Translations under genes and position numbers: made by a program
Assembly: GCA_964649265.1 (NCBI GenBank)
Contig: CAZYPB010000002.1
Span: 1-46,037, forward strand
DNA from: Candidatus Micrarchaeota archaeon
Lineage (GTDB): Archaea; Micrarchaeota; Micrarchaeia; Burarchaeales; JAKAKT01
Direction of reading: 5' to 3'
DNA length: 46,037 nt
The notes under the pieces: model-generated
What the model was told of the DNA's origin: nothing
Databases searched by the model: none
What the model saw: only the letters and a program-made list of their open reading frames with translations
Shown here: piece after piece, positions 26,383-35,205 of the stretch
Layout of the letters: each line of letters opens with the position of its first letter
How positions within the stretch are numbered: the first letter of the stretch is position 1

Positions 26383-27303
26383 ATGGATAATGCTCCAATA
26401 TCCTCAGGAATGAAAACCTACCGACTAGTAATGGCAGCACTTTTCACTGCAGTTGCAGCCATATTTCAACTAACACACAATATCCTGGGAATCCCTACGG
26501 GGTTTGGTATGACTGTTGATCTCGTCTCGCTCCCAGTTTTACTTGCGTTCTTTTTGTTTGGTTTCGATCTTGCTTTATTGGTATGTATACTTACTGCAAT
26601 AATCATTACTTTAATATCCCCGGAAACCTGGCTTGGAGCTAGCATGAAGTTTGCAGGAACACTTCCGATGATTCTATTGCCTGCTCTCTGGTTGCTTTCT
26701 GGGAAAAAGAAAACAGATCCTGGTAGGATCTCAGCAATTGTTCTTCTATCAATAACCATCTCACTTTTTCTTTTCGTTTTCTCAGGCATACTTAACACAT
26801 CATCCAATCCTATTTTTCAGGGAATGAACCAGACAATATATAACAGACCTAACCTAACTGCAGGGGGTTCTGTTCTTCTTGAAGGAGGTGCCGTAACCCC
26901 AGAAACGTTCCTCCAAGGAGTTATTCCAATACTTGGTCTTTCAGGGATTTCCTGGATAATGTTCTATCTCTGGAGAAGGTATGGAAAAGGGGTTGACATC
27001 ATATCATTGAGCAAAACAAGAAATATCCTCATAGTTACTTCACTTGCAGTGTTTGTACGCGGAATATCAATGATTGTCGCAAACTTCTACTACGCAGGAC
27101 CGGTGTTCTATGGGATATCCGCCCAAGATCTCGTAGCAGCATCCCTGCCCATTCAGGTTCCATTTCTTATGCAGGATCCCGTAAACCTTCCTCTGTGGTT
27201 TATCATTTTCTTCTGGAACGTAGTACAGGGAGTTGTTGAGATACTCTTTGCATGGACAATAGCTTTTAAGTTCAGGTTCTTCAATTATTATGGGTCTTAC
27301 TGA
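26383..27303 (+). CDS. Polytopic membrane protein, putative ECF-transporter substrate-capture (S) component, atypically large
   Basis: 306 aa with about 7 hydrophobic segments. It sits immediately upstream of ecfA; its stop TGA (27301-27303) shares one base with the ecfA ATG at 27303. No specific motif recognised. Confidence 0.5.
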   Translation: MDNAPISSGMKTYRLVMAALFTAVAAIFQLTHNILGIPTGFGMTVDLVSLPVLLAFFLFGFDLALLVCILTAIIITLISPETWLGASMKFAGTLPMILLPALWLLSGKKKTDPGRISAIVLLSITISLFLFVFSGILNTSSNPIFQGMNQTIYNRPNLTAGGSVLLEGGAVTPETFLQGVIPILGLSGISWIMFYLWRRYGKGVDIISLSKTRNILIVTSLAVFVRGISMIVANFYYAGPVFYGISAQDLVAASLPIQVPFLMQDPVNLPLWFIIFFWNVVQGVVEILFAWTIAFKFRFFNYYGSY

Positions 27304-28109
27304 TGAATGCAATTGAGATATCGGGTCTTAATTTCTCCTATTCAAAAAAACCAGTGCTGAAAGGGCTTTCACTAAATATAAAGAAAGGAGAATTTGTTGG
27401 GGTTATAGGAAAAACTGGTTGTGGAAAGAGCACACTTCTTCTTACGTTGAATGGCATTATCCCTCAAATGATAAATGGGGAATTTTCTGGAGAAGTGAAG
27501 GTACTAGGTAAGGACACGAAGGAAACGCCAGTTTCAACGCTTGCCCGAAACGTGGCATTTGTTTTTCAGGATCCAGAGGAACAGATATTCTCACTTAGTT
27601 TAGAAGATGAGGTGTTGTTTGGGCTCCATAACTTAGGTATTAATGGGAAAGAGGCTGAAAACAGAGCTTTTAATGCACTTAGAACCTTGGGCCTTGAGAA
27701 GTACTTGAAAGAAGATCCACACATCCTATCACACGGCCAGAAACAGAAACTTGCCTTTGCATGCGCAATAGCACTGGATCCGGAAATCTATGTTCTGGAC
27801 GAGCCTGTCGCAAATCTGGACTATTCAAGTGCGAATGAGATCTACTCTTTGCTAAATAAAATCAACAAGAAGGGAAAAACAATAATCTCCGTTGAACACG
27901 ATACTGAATGGCTTGTTGAGCATGCTTCAAGGATTATACTTCTTAACAACGGAGGCATAGAGGTAGATGGAAGTCCATTTGTGCTATTCGAGAGTTCAGT
28001 TAAAAAAGCAGGAATAAAACTTCCATGCACTTTAAGGATATCGCAAGAATTAGGAGAAGCATTTCTCAAACCTTCACAACTTGTCGATTACATAAAGAAA
28101 GTGAAGTAG
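27303..28109 (+). CDS. ecfA: ECF/cobalt-type ABC transporter ATPase
   Basis: Walker A GKTGCGKST, signature LSHGQKQK, Walker B IYVLDEP. 268 aa. Confidence 0.9.
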   Translation: MNAIEISGLNFSYSKKPVLKGLSLNIKKGEFVGVIGKTGCGKSTLLLTLNGIIPQMINGEFSGEVKVLGKDTKETPVSTLARNVAFVFQDPEEQIFSLSLEDEVLFGLHNLGINGKEAENRAFNALRTLGLEKYLKEDPHILSHGQKQKLAFACAIALDPEIYVLDEPVANLDYSSANEIYSLLNKINKKGKTIISVEHDTEWLVEHASRIILLNNGGIEVDGSPFVLFESSVKKAGIKLPCTLRISQELGEAFLKPSQLVDYIKKVK

Positions 28110-28111
28110 GT

Positions 28112-28792
28112 GTGTATTTGTTATCCTATGAAAAAAGGAATTCAGTGATTCACTGTCTTGACCCAAGGGTTAAGATGCTTTGGCTTGTGTTACTTCTTGC
28201 CTTTCTTTTTTCATCAAGAACAGTCCTTACTGCGGTCTCATCCGTTTTTTTCACACTTATCCTGTTCTATCTTTCTTCAATGGATCTCATTGGTTTCTAT
28301 AACAGGACAAAAGGAGTAATCCTGGTTTTGGTAGTTCCGTTTATACTGGGGGCTGTTTTCGTTTCCCCAGTGTATGGGTTTATCAATTCACTCATACTGT
28401 TTTCAGCAATTTCGATGTCTGCACTTTTTATTCTTACAACAGACCAGAAGAACATAATCGCAGCACTATGTTTTTTCAGAATTCCGAGACAGCCTGCATT
28501 CTCTCTTTCAATGTCTCTCTATTTTCTTCCGGTACTTGAGAGAAAATTCACTTCAGTTAGGTTCTCCCAAGCTGCCCGTTCTTACTCAAGCAAAAACCCG
28601 ATTCCCTTTGTGATTCCATTTTTACACTCTGTTTTCAGAAGAGCAAGAAACCTGTCAATCTCAATAGATGCAAGAGCATTCGATCCAGATAAGGCAGTCA
28701 TACCCGGGGTTCTTAAAATGAAGGCATTGGACTGGTCTGCACTGGTTATACTTATCATTCATCTAATGTACAGGATCTACACATTGATTTAG
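28112..28792 (+). CDS. ecfT: ECF transporter transmembrane (T) component (CbiQ family)
   Basis: The hydrophobic protein begins ...YLLSYEKRNSVIHCLDPRVK, typical of CbiQ/EcfT. I place the start at GTG 28112 (or TTG 28118), just after the ecfA stop. The ORF-track start at 28025 lies inside ecfA. Confidence 0.75.
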   Translation: MYLLSYEKRNSVIHCLDPRVKMLWLVLLLAFLFSSRTVLTAVSSVFFTLILFYLSSMDLIGFYNRTKGVILVLVVPFILGAVFVSPVYGFINSLILFSAISMSALFILTTDQKNIIAALCFFRIPRQPAFSLSMSLYFLPVLERKFTSVRFSQAARSYSSKNPIPFVIPFLHSVFRRARNLSISIDARAFDPDKAVIPGVLKMKALDWSALVILIIHLMYRIYTLI

Positions 28793-28793
28793 A

Positions 28794-30677
28794 CTAGCCT
28801 GCACCGCCTCCTCCTCCACCTCCCCCCCCGCCGCCTCCGCCACCGAAGCTACCGCCGCTTCCAGAGGATGAGGTGAAAGAGCCAAGTGAAGAGTTCATTG
28901 CACTGAGACCACCAAGCGACCCTATCCCCGTTGTTGAGGAGAACCAAATTGGATGGTAGTCACTTTCCTTTAGTTGCACTTTCATTGAGTTGATTACTTT
29001 ATCTGCACAACCAAGAGCAGTTGCATATGTAAGATATTTGTCCCACATTGTAACTGAGGAAGGAGGGTACTGTTTTAGAAGAGTCATGTCGGATACAAAC
29101 TTCTTGAAAGCTTGCCATTTAACATAATGCAGAGCACCCTTTGGTGTTCTCTGCTGTATTGCTTTATGTCCATATGATGCAATACCAGCACTTACAAGTA
29201 TACATATAAAGATCTCAAACATAAGAATAGGAACCAGATCTTCATCTATCCCATCAAAGAACGCTGCCGCGAACCCCATTAGAAATGGTGCGGAGAGGAG
29301 TATTAGTGGAACAGTCACATACATTGCATATTTGGCAACCTTTGATGCCTTCTCCTCATGGAAAAGGTATTGTTTTCCTTCCTCTTCAACAAGATCCTGC
29401 CATCTCTTGAAGGCAGTGCTGAATCCCCTTTTGAAATCCCAATCCCTGAGAAGCTCCCCAATGGTGACAGTTGTTTTCCTCAGATCTTCGACATCTTCTT
29501 CATCCTCGTTTCCTTCATACCCGAAAACTTTCCAAACTCCTGCCCAGAGTCCAGTTTTCTTTAGAACATAGGTGAACCTGTCTATCTTTCCGAACATAGT
29601 TTTTAGTACAACCTTCTCGTGGTTTTTTAATTCAGTATTTTCAGGCATTTTCTTTAATGAAAGTTTGATATCCTTGTCTGGTTCCAGAAATCCCAGGGGA
29701 CCTTTCTTTCTCTTTACCTCCTCTATCTTTATGTATCCCCTCTGTGCAAGGCTAATTATTGTTGCAGTGAACTGATTCATATCTGGTTTTTTGTCACTTG
29801 CATTAACAAGTGTGCCAAGTATTGCAGGGGAATAGTTGTACGGTGGTTCGTGGAAATACTTCTGTTGGAAATCAACAACTGGTTCTCTTCCATACACATA
29901 CCAAAGAACAAGCATCACAATTCCAAGAAGGGTTGGGAACAAGAGCGGAAGGAATATCGCAATACCGGAAAGAAATTCGTCCCTCTTTTTGTTCTCAAAA
30001 TCCTGTCTTTCCTCTTCCCTTATCTTTTCAAGACCGACTTCATTTTTTCTAATTGTAAATTCATCAGTCATAATATTACTTGGAAATACTATTCTGCCCT
30101 CAACAAATTTTCCTGGTTTCACATTTTTAACATCGAAAACAACAATCCCATTACCTATGCTTGTGTTTCCTGTCTCAGGTCCATGCCCCCACGCAAGTGT
30201 ATTGTCTTTGCTTGTCCCGTTTGGAAGATGCACAGCTGCCCTTACATTATTGGCCCGGACATCCCATTGGTCCCCATGGAATTTCCAATAGAAGTCAACA
30301 ACATCATTGTAAGAGATCACATGGCTCTTTACAGTGTATTTTAAAGTGAATGTTCTCTTCTCATCCGTGGCCTTGTACCTCCAAAGTATCCTCTGGTTTC
30401 CATCATCCAAACTTATCTCTGGTGAGAGCTTGTTCTGTTCACTGTACACTTGGATATTGCTTATGGTTATAGTATGCCCTGCCGGAGTTTTCAATGGAAT
30501 GTCCCTATATGCATAGCTAAATGATCCAGAGAATGAAAAGGTGAGTGCCTCAACAACATCGAATGAACCATCCTCTTTCAACCATATCTCCACATCTACG
30601 TTTTCAAGATAGTATGATTTCGCAAGCGGTGCAGATATTGTAAACAACAGAAGTGCAAGGATTATGTGAAATTTCAT
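28794..30677 (-). CDS. DUF2207-family membrane protein with C-terminal poly-Gly tail
   Basis: 627 aa. Signal-like N-terminus, beta-rich ectodomain, central and C-terminal TM segments, and a tail SSSGSGGSFGGGGGGGGGGGGGGAG characteristic of DUF2207. Its start overlaps the hjc stop (ATGA). Confidence 0.8.
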   Translation of the reverse strand: MKFHIILALLLFTISAPLAKSYYLENVDVEIWLKEDGSFDVVEALTFSFSGSFSYAYRDIPLKTPAGHTITISNIQVYSEQNKLSPEISLDDGNQRILWRYKATDEKRTFTLKYTVKSHVISYNDVVDFYWKFHGDQWDVRANNVRAAVHLPNGTSKDNTLAWGHGPETGNTSIGNGIVVFDVKNVKPGKFVEGRIVFPSNIMTDEFTIRKNEVGLEKIREEERQDFENKKRDEFLSGIAIFLPLLFPTLLGIVMLVLWYVYGREPVVDFQQKYFHEPPYNYSPAILGTLVNASDKKPDMNQFTATIISLAQRGYIKIEEVKRKKGPLGFLEPDKDIKLSLKKMPENTELKNHEKVVLKTMFGKIDRFTYVLKKTGLWAGVWKVFGYEGNEDEEDVEDLRKTTVTIGELLRDWDFKRGFSTAFKRWQDLVEEEGKQYLFHEEKASKVAKYAMYVTVPLILLSAPFLMGFAAAFFDGIDEDLVPILMFEIFICILVSAGIASYGHKAIQQRTPKGALHYVKWQAFKKFVSDMTLLKQYPPSSVTMWDKYLTYATALGCADKVINSMKVQLKESDYHPIWFSSTTGIGSLGGLSAMNSSLGSFTSSSGSGGSFGGGGGGGGGGGGGGAG

Positions 30678-31078
30678 ATGAGCTCCTCAAATGTCCTATT
30701 TATTGCAAGGGCGTTTTTCAATGTTACGGTATGGTTCTTATCCTGTTCATTAAGTTCAGCCAGGTGCATGAACCTCCAGCCAACCCTGTTTATCCTCCAG
30801 GCTATCATGGTTGTTATGCCTGTGTTCCTCTGCCATTCCTCCAGTCCTCTGAACTTCTCCTTTGCTATACCGAGGCTTCCTGAATCCCATGCCTTACATT
30901 CGAAAGCATACTGAAGTCCTTTCCTGAAAACAAGGAGATCTGGGGAAAGAGAATTGACACCGCTGCCAGCAGCACGTATAACTGAGAAGCCCTTTTCAGA
31001 GAACAAGGAGATCAGCTCCCTCTCAGTTCTTGCTCCTTTTGCATATGTCTTAAGTGCCATAATCGGTTTAAGATACAA
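30674..31078 (-). CDS. hjc: Archaeal Holliday junction resolvase
   Basis: KGARTERELISLFSEKGFSVIRAAGSG...SPDLLVFRKGLQYAFECKA carries the E..D..E.K nuclease motif layout of Hjc. TTG start at 31078, or ATG at 31060 (MALKTYAKG). Confidence 0.85.
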   Translation of the reverse strand: MYLKPIMALKTYAKGARTERELISLFSEKGFSVIRAAGSGVNSLSPDLLVFRKGLQYAFECKAWDSGSLGIAKEKFRGLEEWQRNTGITTMIAWRINRVGWRFMHLAELNEQDKNHTVTLKNALAINRTFEELI

Positions 31079-31110
31079 CTTAAATAAAGTGTTATGTATT
31101 GAATATATCC

Positions 31111-32565
31111 ATGGGAAATATTGGGAGACTTGAGCTATCTGTTTTTATTTGTGGCGCTGCACTAATGGCTGTCGAATTAGTTGGCACAAGAATTATGGCG
31201 CCATACCTTGGAGTTTCACTTTATTCATGGGCAAGTGTCATAGCAGTTGTAATGGGCTCACTAAGCGCAGGTTACTGGTACGGGGGGAGGATGGCTGATA
31301 GAAATCCATCAGAAAAGTTGTTTTTTGCAATAGTTCTTTTCTGCGGTGCGTCAGTAATACTAATACCATTCGTCTCTCCATTGGCAATGCTTGCTGCGGT
31401 TCCATTCGGTTCAAAGCATGGACCACTGGTTGCTTCAATAATCCTATTTGCACCACCGTCATTCCTTTTTGGGCTAATCTCTCCATTCGCAGTTCGCTTA
31501 AAAGCAAAGGAAATACAGAACGTAGGTGGAACAGCTGGTTCTTTGTATGCGATATCCACAATGGGGAGCATAGCCGGAACACTCGCAACTGGCTTTGTGT
31601 TCATACCTGAGATAGGAATAAAGACAACCCTGCTTATTACTTCCCTAAGTTTGATGGTCCTTGGACTCTATTTTCTTAAGAACAAGGTGATTTCATCACT
31701 GTTTATGTTGCTCTTCCTTTCCTCAGCCGTTCTCCCAGATTATACATTTGCATTCAACGGAGACATCCAATACCAAGGCGATTCTGCATATTATCACCTG
31801 GTTGTTACTGACATAAATGACTCGCGCTACCTTATGCTTGATGCGGACATACACACAGTAATAGATCTTAATGATGACAGCATGGCTGAATATGCGCGCC
31901 TTTCAGTGTTTTCCCAGGCATTCGTTGATTCTCCGGAGAAGATAGTGCTGATTGGAACGGGAGGTGGACTTATTGGAACCTATTTCCTTGAGAACACTGA
32001 TTCAGCAGTGGATGCGGTGGAAATTGACCCAGAGGTCATTGTTCTTGCAAAAGACCACTTCGGTTTTAAGGAGATTCCGGGCAGAACAAGAGTATTCATA
32101 GAGGATGCACGAGTTTTTCTGAACCAGAATCAGGATAAGTATGATATCATCTTTGTTGACGTCTTTAGTTCAAAGCACTCAATGCCCTATCACCTAACAA
32201 CTGTTGAGACTGTAAAGAGCATAAAAAGCAGTTTGAAGGATGACGGGGTTGTTGCAGTTAATGTCATATCTGCCGCTAAAGGGGAGAAATCAGCTGTTTT
32301 CAGGGCAATACACTCAACATATTCTCAAGTATTCGCAAAAACATACGTCTATTTACTGAAAAAAGACCCAGAAGAGATCCAGAATGTGATTTTCTTTGCA
32401 TGCAATAGTTGTGAGCCTGATAAAGAGGAATTGGAAAAACTTTCCTCAGAGCTTTTTCCAAAGAACAAACCAGTCTATTTCACAGAAGAAATAGGCTCAG
32501 GCATCATACTTACAGATGACCATGCGCCAATAGAAAGCCTTGTTGCGTCATCCATGATTAACTGA
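31111..32565 (+). CDS. Membrane-fused spermidine-synthase-like aminopropyl/methyltransferase
   Basis: About 200 aa of TM helices, then a SpeE-like domain (VLIGTGGGLIGTY, VDAVEIDPEV, YDIIFVDVF). ATG at 31111; the ORF track uses TTG at 31099. Confidence 0.8.
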   Translation: MGNIGRLELSVFICGAALMAVELVGTRIMAPYLGVSLYSWASVIAVVMGSLSAGYWYGGRMADRNPSEKLFFAIVLFCGASVILIPFVSPLAMLAAVPFGSKHGPLVASIILFAPPSFLFGLISPFAVRLKAKEIQNVGGTAGSLYAISTMGSIAGTLATGFVFIPEIGIKTTLLITSLSLMVLGLYFLKNKVISSLFMLLFLSSAVLPDYTFAFNGDIQYQGDSAYYHLVVTDINDSRYLMLDADIHTVIDLNDDSMAEYARLSVFSQAFVDSPEKIVLIGTGGGLIGTYFLENTDSAVDAVEIDPEVIVLAKDHFGFKEIPGRTRVFIEDARVFLNQNQDKYDIIFVDVFSSKHSMPYHLTTVETVKSIKSSLKDDGVVAVNVISAAKGEKSAVFRAIHSTYSQVFAKTYVYLLKKDPEEIQNVIFFACNSCEPDKEELEKLSSELFPKNKPVYFTEEIGSGIILTDDHAPIESLVASSMIN

Positions 32566-32637
32566 TTTTTCGTCATATGTCGTATTTTCTGGGTTCTAAT
32601 AGGGATTTAAAAGTTTTCCATTACACAATAGGTCAGT

Positions 32638-33180
32638 ATGGAAACAGATATTCGAGTAGGAGATTGCATGAGAAGGGGGGTAGTTACCCTGAAATCCACC
32701 GATGCGGCTGTGGAGGCAGCTAAACAGATGAAAAAACACAGCATTGGAAGCATCGTTGTGTCAGATAACCAGAAAGCAATTGGAATAGTCACAGAGACTG
32801 ACATTGCTTACAAGATAGTGGCAGGTGGACTTGACCCCAAAAAAACAACGCTAAAGACGATTATGAGTGCTCCGCTTAAGACAATAAGGACGGACTCAAA
32901 GATAGATGACGTGGCCCAGATTATGCGCGAACACAGGATAAAGAGAGTTCCTGTTGTTGATAATGAAGACAGGCTCGTAGGCATAGTGGCTGACGATGAT
33001 CTTATAGGGGTCTTTCCTGGCTTGCTTGAGGTTCTGAGCGAAAACAACAAGATGAGGGAATTTCTAGGGAACCAGGTTTTTGCAGGCGTATGCGAGAGAT
33101 GCGGTGCGTACTCTGAAACCCTTGAGAACTCAAGGGAGAAGCATCTCTGCGAAGAATGCAGGGAAGAGGAAGAAGTATAA
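32638..33180 (+). CDS. CBS-pair domain protein with C-terminal zinc ribbon
   Basis: Two CBS repeats (VGDCMRRGVVTL...GIVTETDI; IMSAPLKTI...GIVADDDL) and C-terminal CERCG...CEEC. Confidence 0.85.
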   Translation: METDIRVGDCMRRGVVTLKSTDAAVEAAKQMKKHSIGSIVVSDNQKAIGIVTETDIAYKIVAGGLDPKKTTLKTIMSAPLKTIRTDSKIDDVAQIMREHRIKRVPVVDNEDRLVGIVADDDLIGVFPGLLEVLSENNKMREFLGNQVFAGVCERCGAYSETLENSREKHLCEECREEEEV

Positions 33181-33319
33181 TGTTTATATTTAGCGTTTGA
33201 TAATATACATGCGCTGTGCAACGGATGGCTGCTGGAGTTTCAGCGAGCTATGAAATGCAGTCAACATTGCACAGTACACTTTCTACTCATTCTGTATTCC
33301 ATACAAGGGTGTTAAATCC

Positions 33320-33583
33320 ATGTTGCTTGAGGTAAAAGTAACTCCTAATGCAAAGAACTTCCGCCTTTTTTTTAAGGATGGCTGGAGGGCATCAGTTATC
33401 TCCCCGCCCGATAAGGGAAAAGCAAACAAAGAGCTAAAGAAACAGCTCTCGGAAATCTTTTCCTGCCAGGTTCAGGTTATAAGGGGCGCATCAAGCAGAC
33501 ATAAGGTGCTGGAGGTGGACCTTGATGAAGATGAGTTCAAAAAAAGATCGGAAACTTATGTCAAGGCTCAAGATCTTCCGTAG
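33320..33583 (+). CDS. DUF167 (YggU-like) protein
   Basis: 87 aa. LEVKVTPNAK...GKANKELKKQLSEIF...VQVIRGASSRHKVLEV matches the DUF167 pattern. Confidence 0.8.
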   Translation: MLLEVKVTPNAKNFRLFFKDGWRASVISPPDKGKANKELKKQLSEIFSCQVQVIRGASSRHKVLEVDLDEDEFKKRSETYVKAQDLP

Positions 33584-33923
33584 GGCACTTGAGGACATGG
33601 AAGGTAAGCCCATAATAGTTGAAGGAAAAAAGGACATGAATGCACTCAGGAGGTGCGGAATAAAAGAGAGGATAATCGTGCTCAAAGGAAGACCTGACGA
33701 CATATGTCGCTCACTCAGAGATAATGATGAAGCAGTGATCCTTACAGATTTCGATAAAAGGGGAGAGGAATTATCAGCAATACTCTCAGATAACCTGAGA
33801 TCATACGGAACACGTCCCAATATAGAATGTAGGAGGAGGCTGAAGTATTCGGTCGGAGTGAGGGTTTTCCAGGAACTGGACAAGAGAGTTGCAGAGTTTG
33901 AAAACGAAATCCGAACAAGGTGA
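33558..33923 (+). CDS. Small stand-alone Toprim-domain protein (COG1658-like)
   Basis: Toprim glutamate (PIIVEGKKDMNAL) and DxD (VILTDFDKRGEEL). I prefer the ATG at 33558, which overlaps the DUF167 3' end by 26 nt. The ORF track starts at 33522. Confidence 0.7.
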   Translation: MSRLKIFRRALEDMEGKPIIVEGKKDMNALRRCGIKERIIVLKGRPDDICRSLRDNDEAVILTDFDKRGEELSAILSDNLRSYGTRPNIECRRRLKYSVGVRVFQELDKRVAEFENEIRTR

Positions 33924-33927
33924 TTAT

Positions 33928-35157
33928 ATGGGAAAGACATACATAGATACTGTAAAATATTTGGTTTACGCAAATGTTGAGATCGGAGGACTTGTTGAGA
34001 AACCCGATGTTGTGGGCGCTATATTTGGTCAAACAGAGGGGCTTCTCGGCGATGAACTAGATCTAAGGGAACTGCAGAAAAACGGAAGAATAGGCAGAAT
34101 AGAAGTAGACCTTAAGGGAAAAGGAGGAAAAAGCATTGGAAAGATTCTCCTCCCGTCAAGTCTGGATATGGTAGAAACAAGCATACTTGCTGCTGCTCTT
34201 GAGACAGTTGACAGAGTAGGACCATGTGATGCTAAGATTGCAGTTGAGAAAATAGAGGACACAAGGAATCTAAAGAGGAAGACAGTTGTTGACAGGGCAA
34301 AGAACCTGCTCAAGAATCTGCTTACAAATGAGATACCTGAGAGCAAGGAGATATCCGATATAGTGAGACAGGAGGTTAAGATAGCAGAGATTAGTACATT
34401 CGGATCCGAGAAGCTTCCGTGCGGTCCACATATAGCTTCATCCGAATCAATAGTTATTGTTGAGGGAAGAGCCGATGTGCTTAATCTACTGAAGAATGAC
34501 ATAAACAATGTCATTGCAGTTGGCGGAGCAAATGTCCCGAAAGCAATAGTCGGTCTCTCAAGAGAGAAAGAGGTAACCCTGTTCCTTGATGGAGATAGGG
34601 GCGGAGACATAATCCTAAGAGAGCTCTCGGAAAATGTTGAGATCGATTTCGTGACCCGGGCACCACATGGGAGAGAGGTTGAGGAGCTATCGCGAAAAGA
34701 GATAATAAAGTCTCTAAGAAGCAGGATACCATACGAGCAGATTAATGGTTCAAGGCCAAGAAAGGACCAGCCTTCCATGAACCAGATATCCGACAGGAAC
34801 AAGAGGTTAAATGGGAATGGAAGAAAGCCTGAACCGATTGCAGAGAAGCCAAAGGCATCAAACGATGTCCCAACCAGTCCGCCCGATGCTCTTCTAAAGA
34901 GCCTTGATGAACTGGAGAACACCCTGAGGGCTAGGATATACGGTAAGGACATGAACCTTGTTGAGGAACTGCAGGTAAGGGATCTGATAAAGAAGATGGG
35001 TGAATTAAAAGAAACCCATGCAGTGGTCTTCGATGGGATAATAACCCAGAGACTTGCAGATCTTGCTGACAAGAAAGGAACCAAGATGCTCATTGGAGTA
35101 AGAAGCGGGAACCTATACAAAAGACCGGATAGGATGCTTATCTACACAAAGAAGTAG
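33928..35157 (+). CDS. dnaG: Archaeal DnaG-type primase / exosome-associated Toprim protein
   Basis: MGKTYIDTVKYLVYANVEIGGLVEKPDVVGAIFGQTEGLLG is the conserved archaeal DnaG N-terminus. Toprim motifs IVIVEGRADVLNL and LFLDGDRGGD. The ATG at 33928 follows SD AAGGTGA (33917-33923). Confidence 0.9.
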   Translation: MGKTYIDTVKYLVYANVEIGGLVEKPDVVGAIFGQTEGLLGDELDLRELQKNGRIGRIEVDLKGKGGKSIGKILLPSSLDMVETSILAAALETVDRVGPCDAKIAVEKIEDTRNLKRKTVVDRAKNLLKNLLTNEIPESKEISDIVRQEVKIAEISTFGSEKLPCGPHIASSESIVIVEGRADVLNLLKNDINNVIAVGGANVPKAIVGLSREKEVTLFLDGDRGGDIILRELSENVEIDFVTRAPHGREVEELSRKEIIKSLRSRIPYEQINGSRPRKDQPSMNQISDRNKRLNGNGRKPEPIAEKPKASNDVPTSPPDALLKSLDELENTLRARIYGKDMNLVEELQVRDLIKKMGELKETHAVVFDGIITQRLADLADKKGTKMLIGVRSGNLYKRPDRMLIYTKK

Positions 35158-35205
35158 ATAACCCCTTCCTTCTATTTTTTATTATTTCTTGATTTAAACT
35201 AGTTT

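Noticed and set aside
28025-28111. Upstream extension of ecfT overlapping ecfA by 85 nt (ORF-track start)
   Set aside because: The extension lies wholly inside ecfA and reads as non-membrane junk. A GTG/TTG start right after the ecfA stop gives a typical EcfT N-terminus.
29836-30344. Two overlapping plus-strand ORFs (151 and 164 aa) inside the DUF2207 gene
   Set aside because: They are antisense shadows. The minus strand encodes a full-length DUF2207 architecture with signal, TM segments and Gly tail.
34029-35120. 363-aa minus-strand ORF spanning nearly all of dnaG
   Set aside because: Its composition is Ser/Leu/Phe/Arg-rich and low-complexity, typical of an antisense shadow. The plus strand carries unmistakable archaeal DnaG motifs and an SD.
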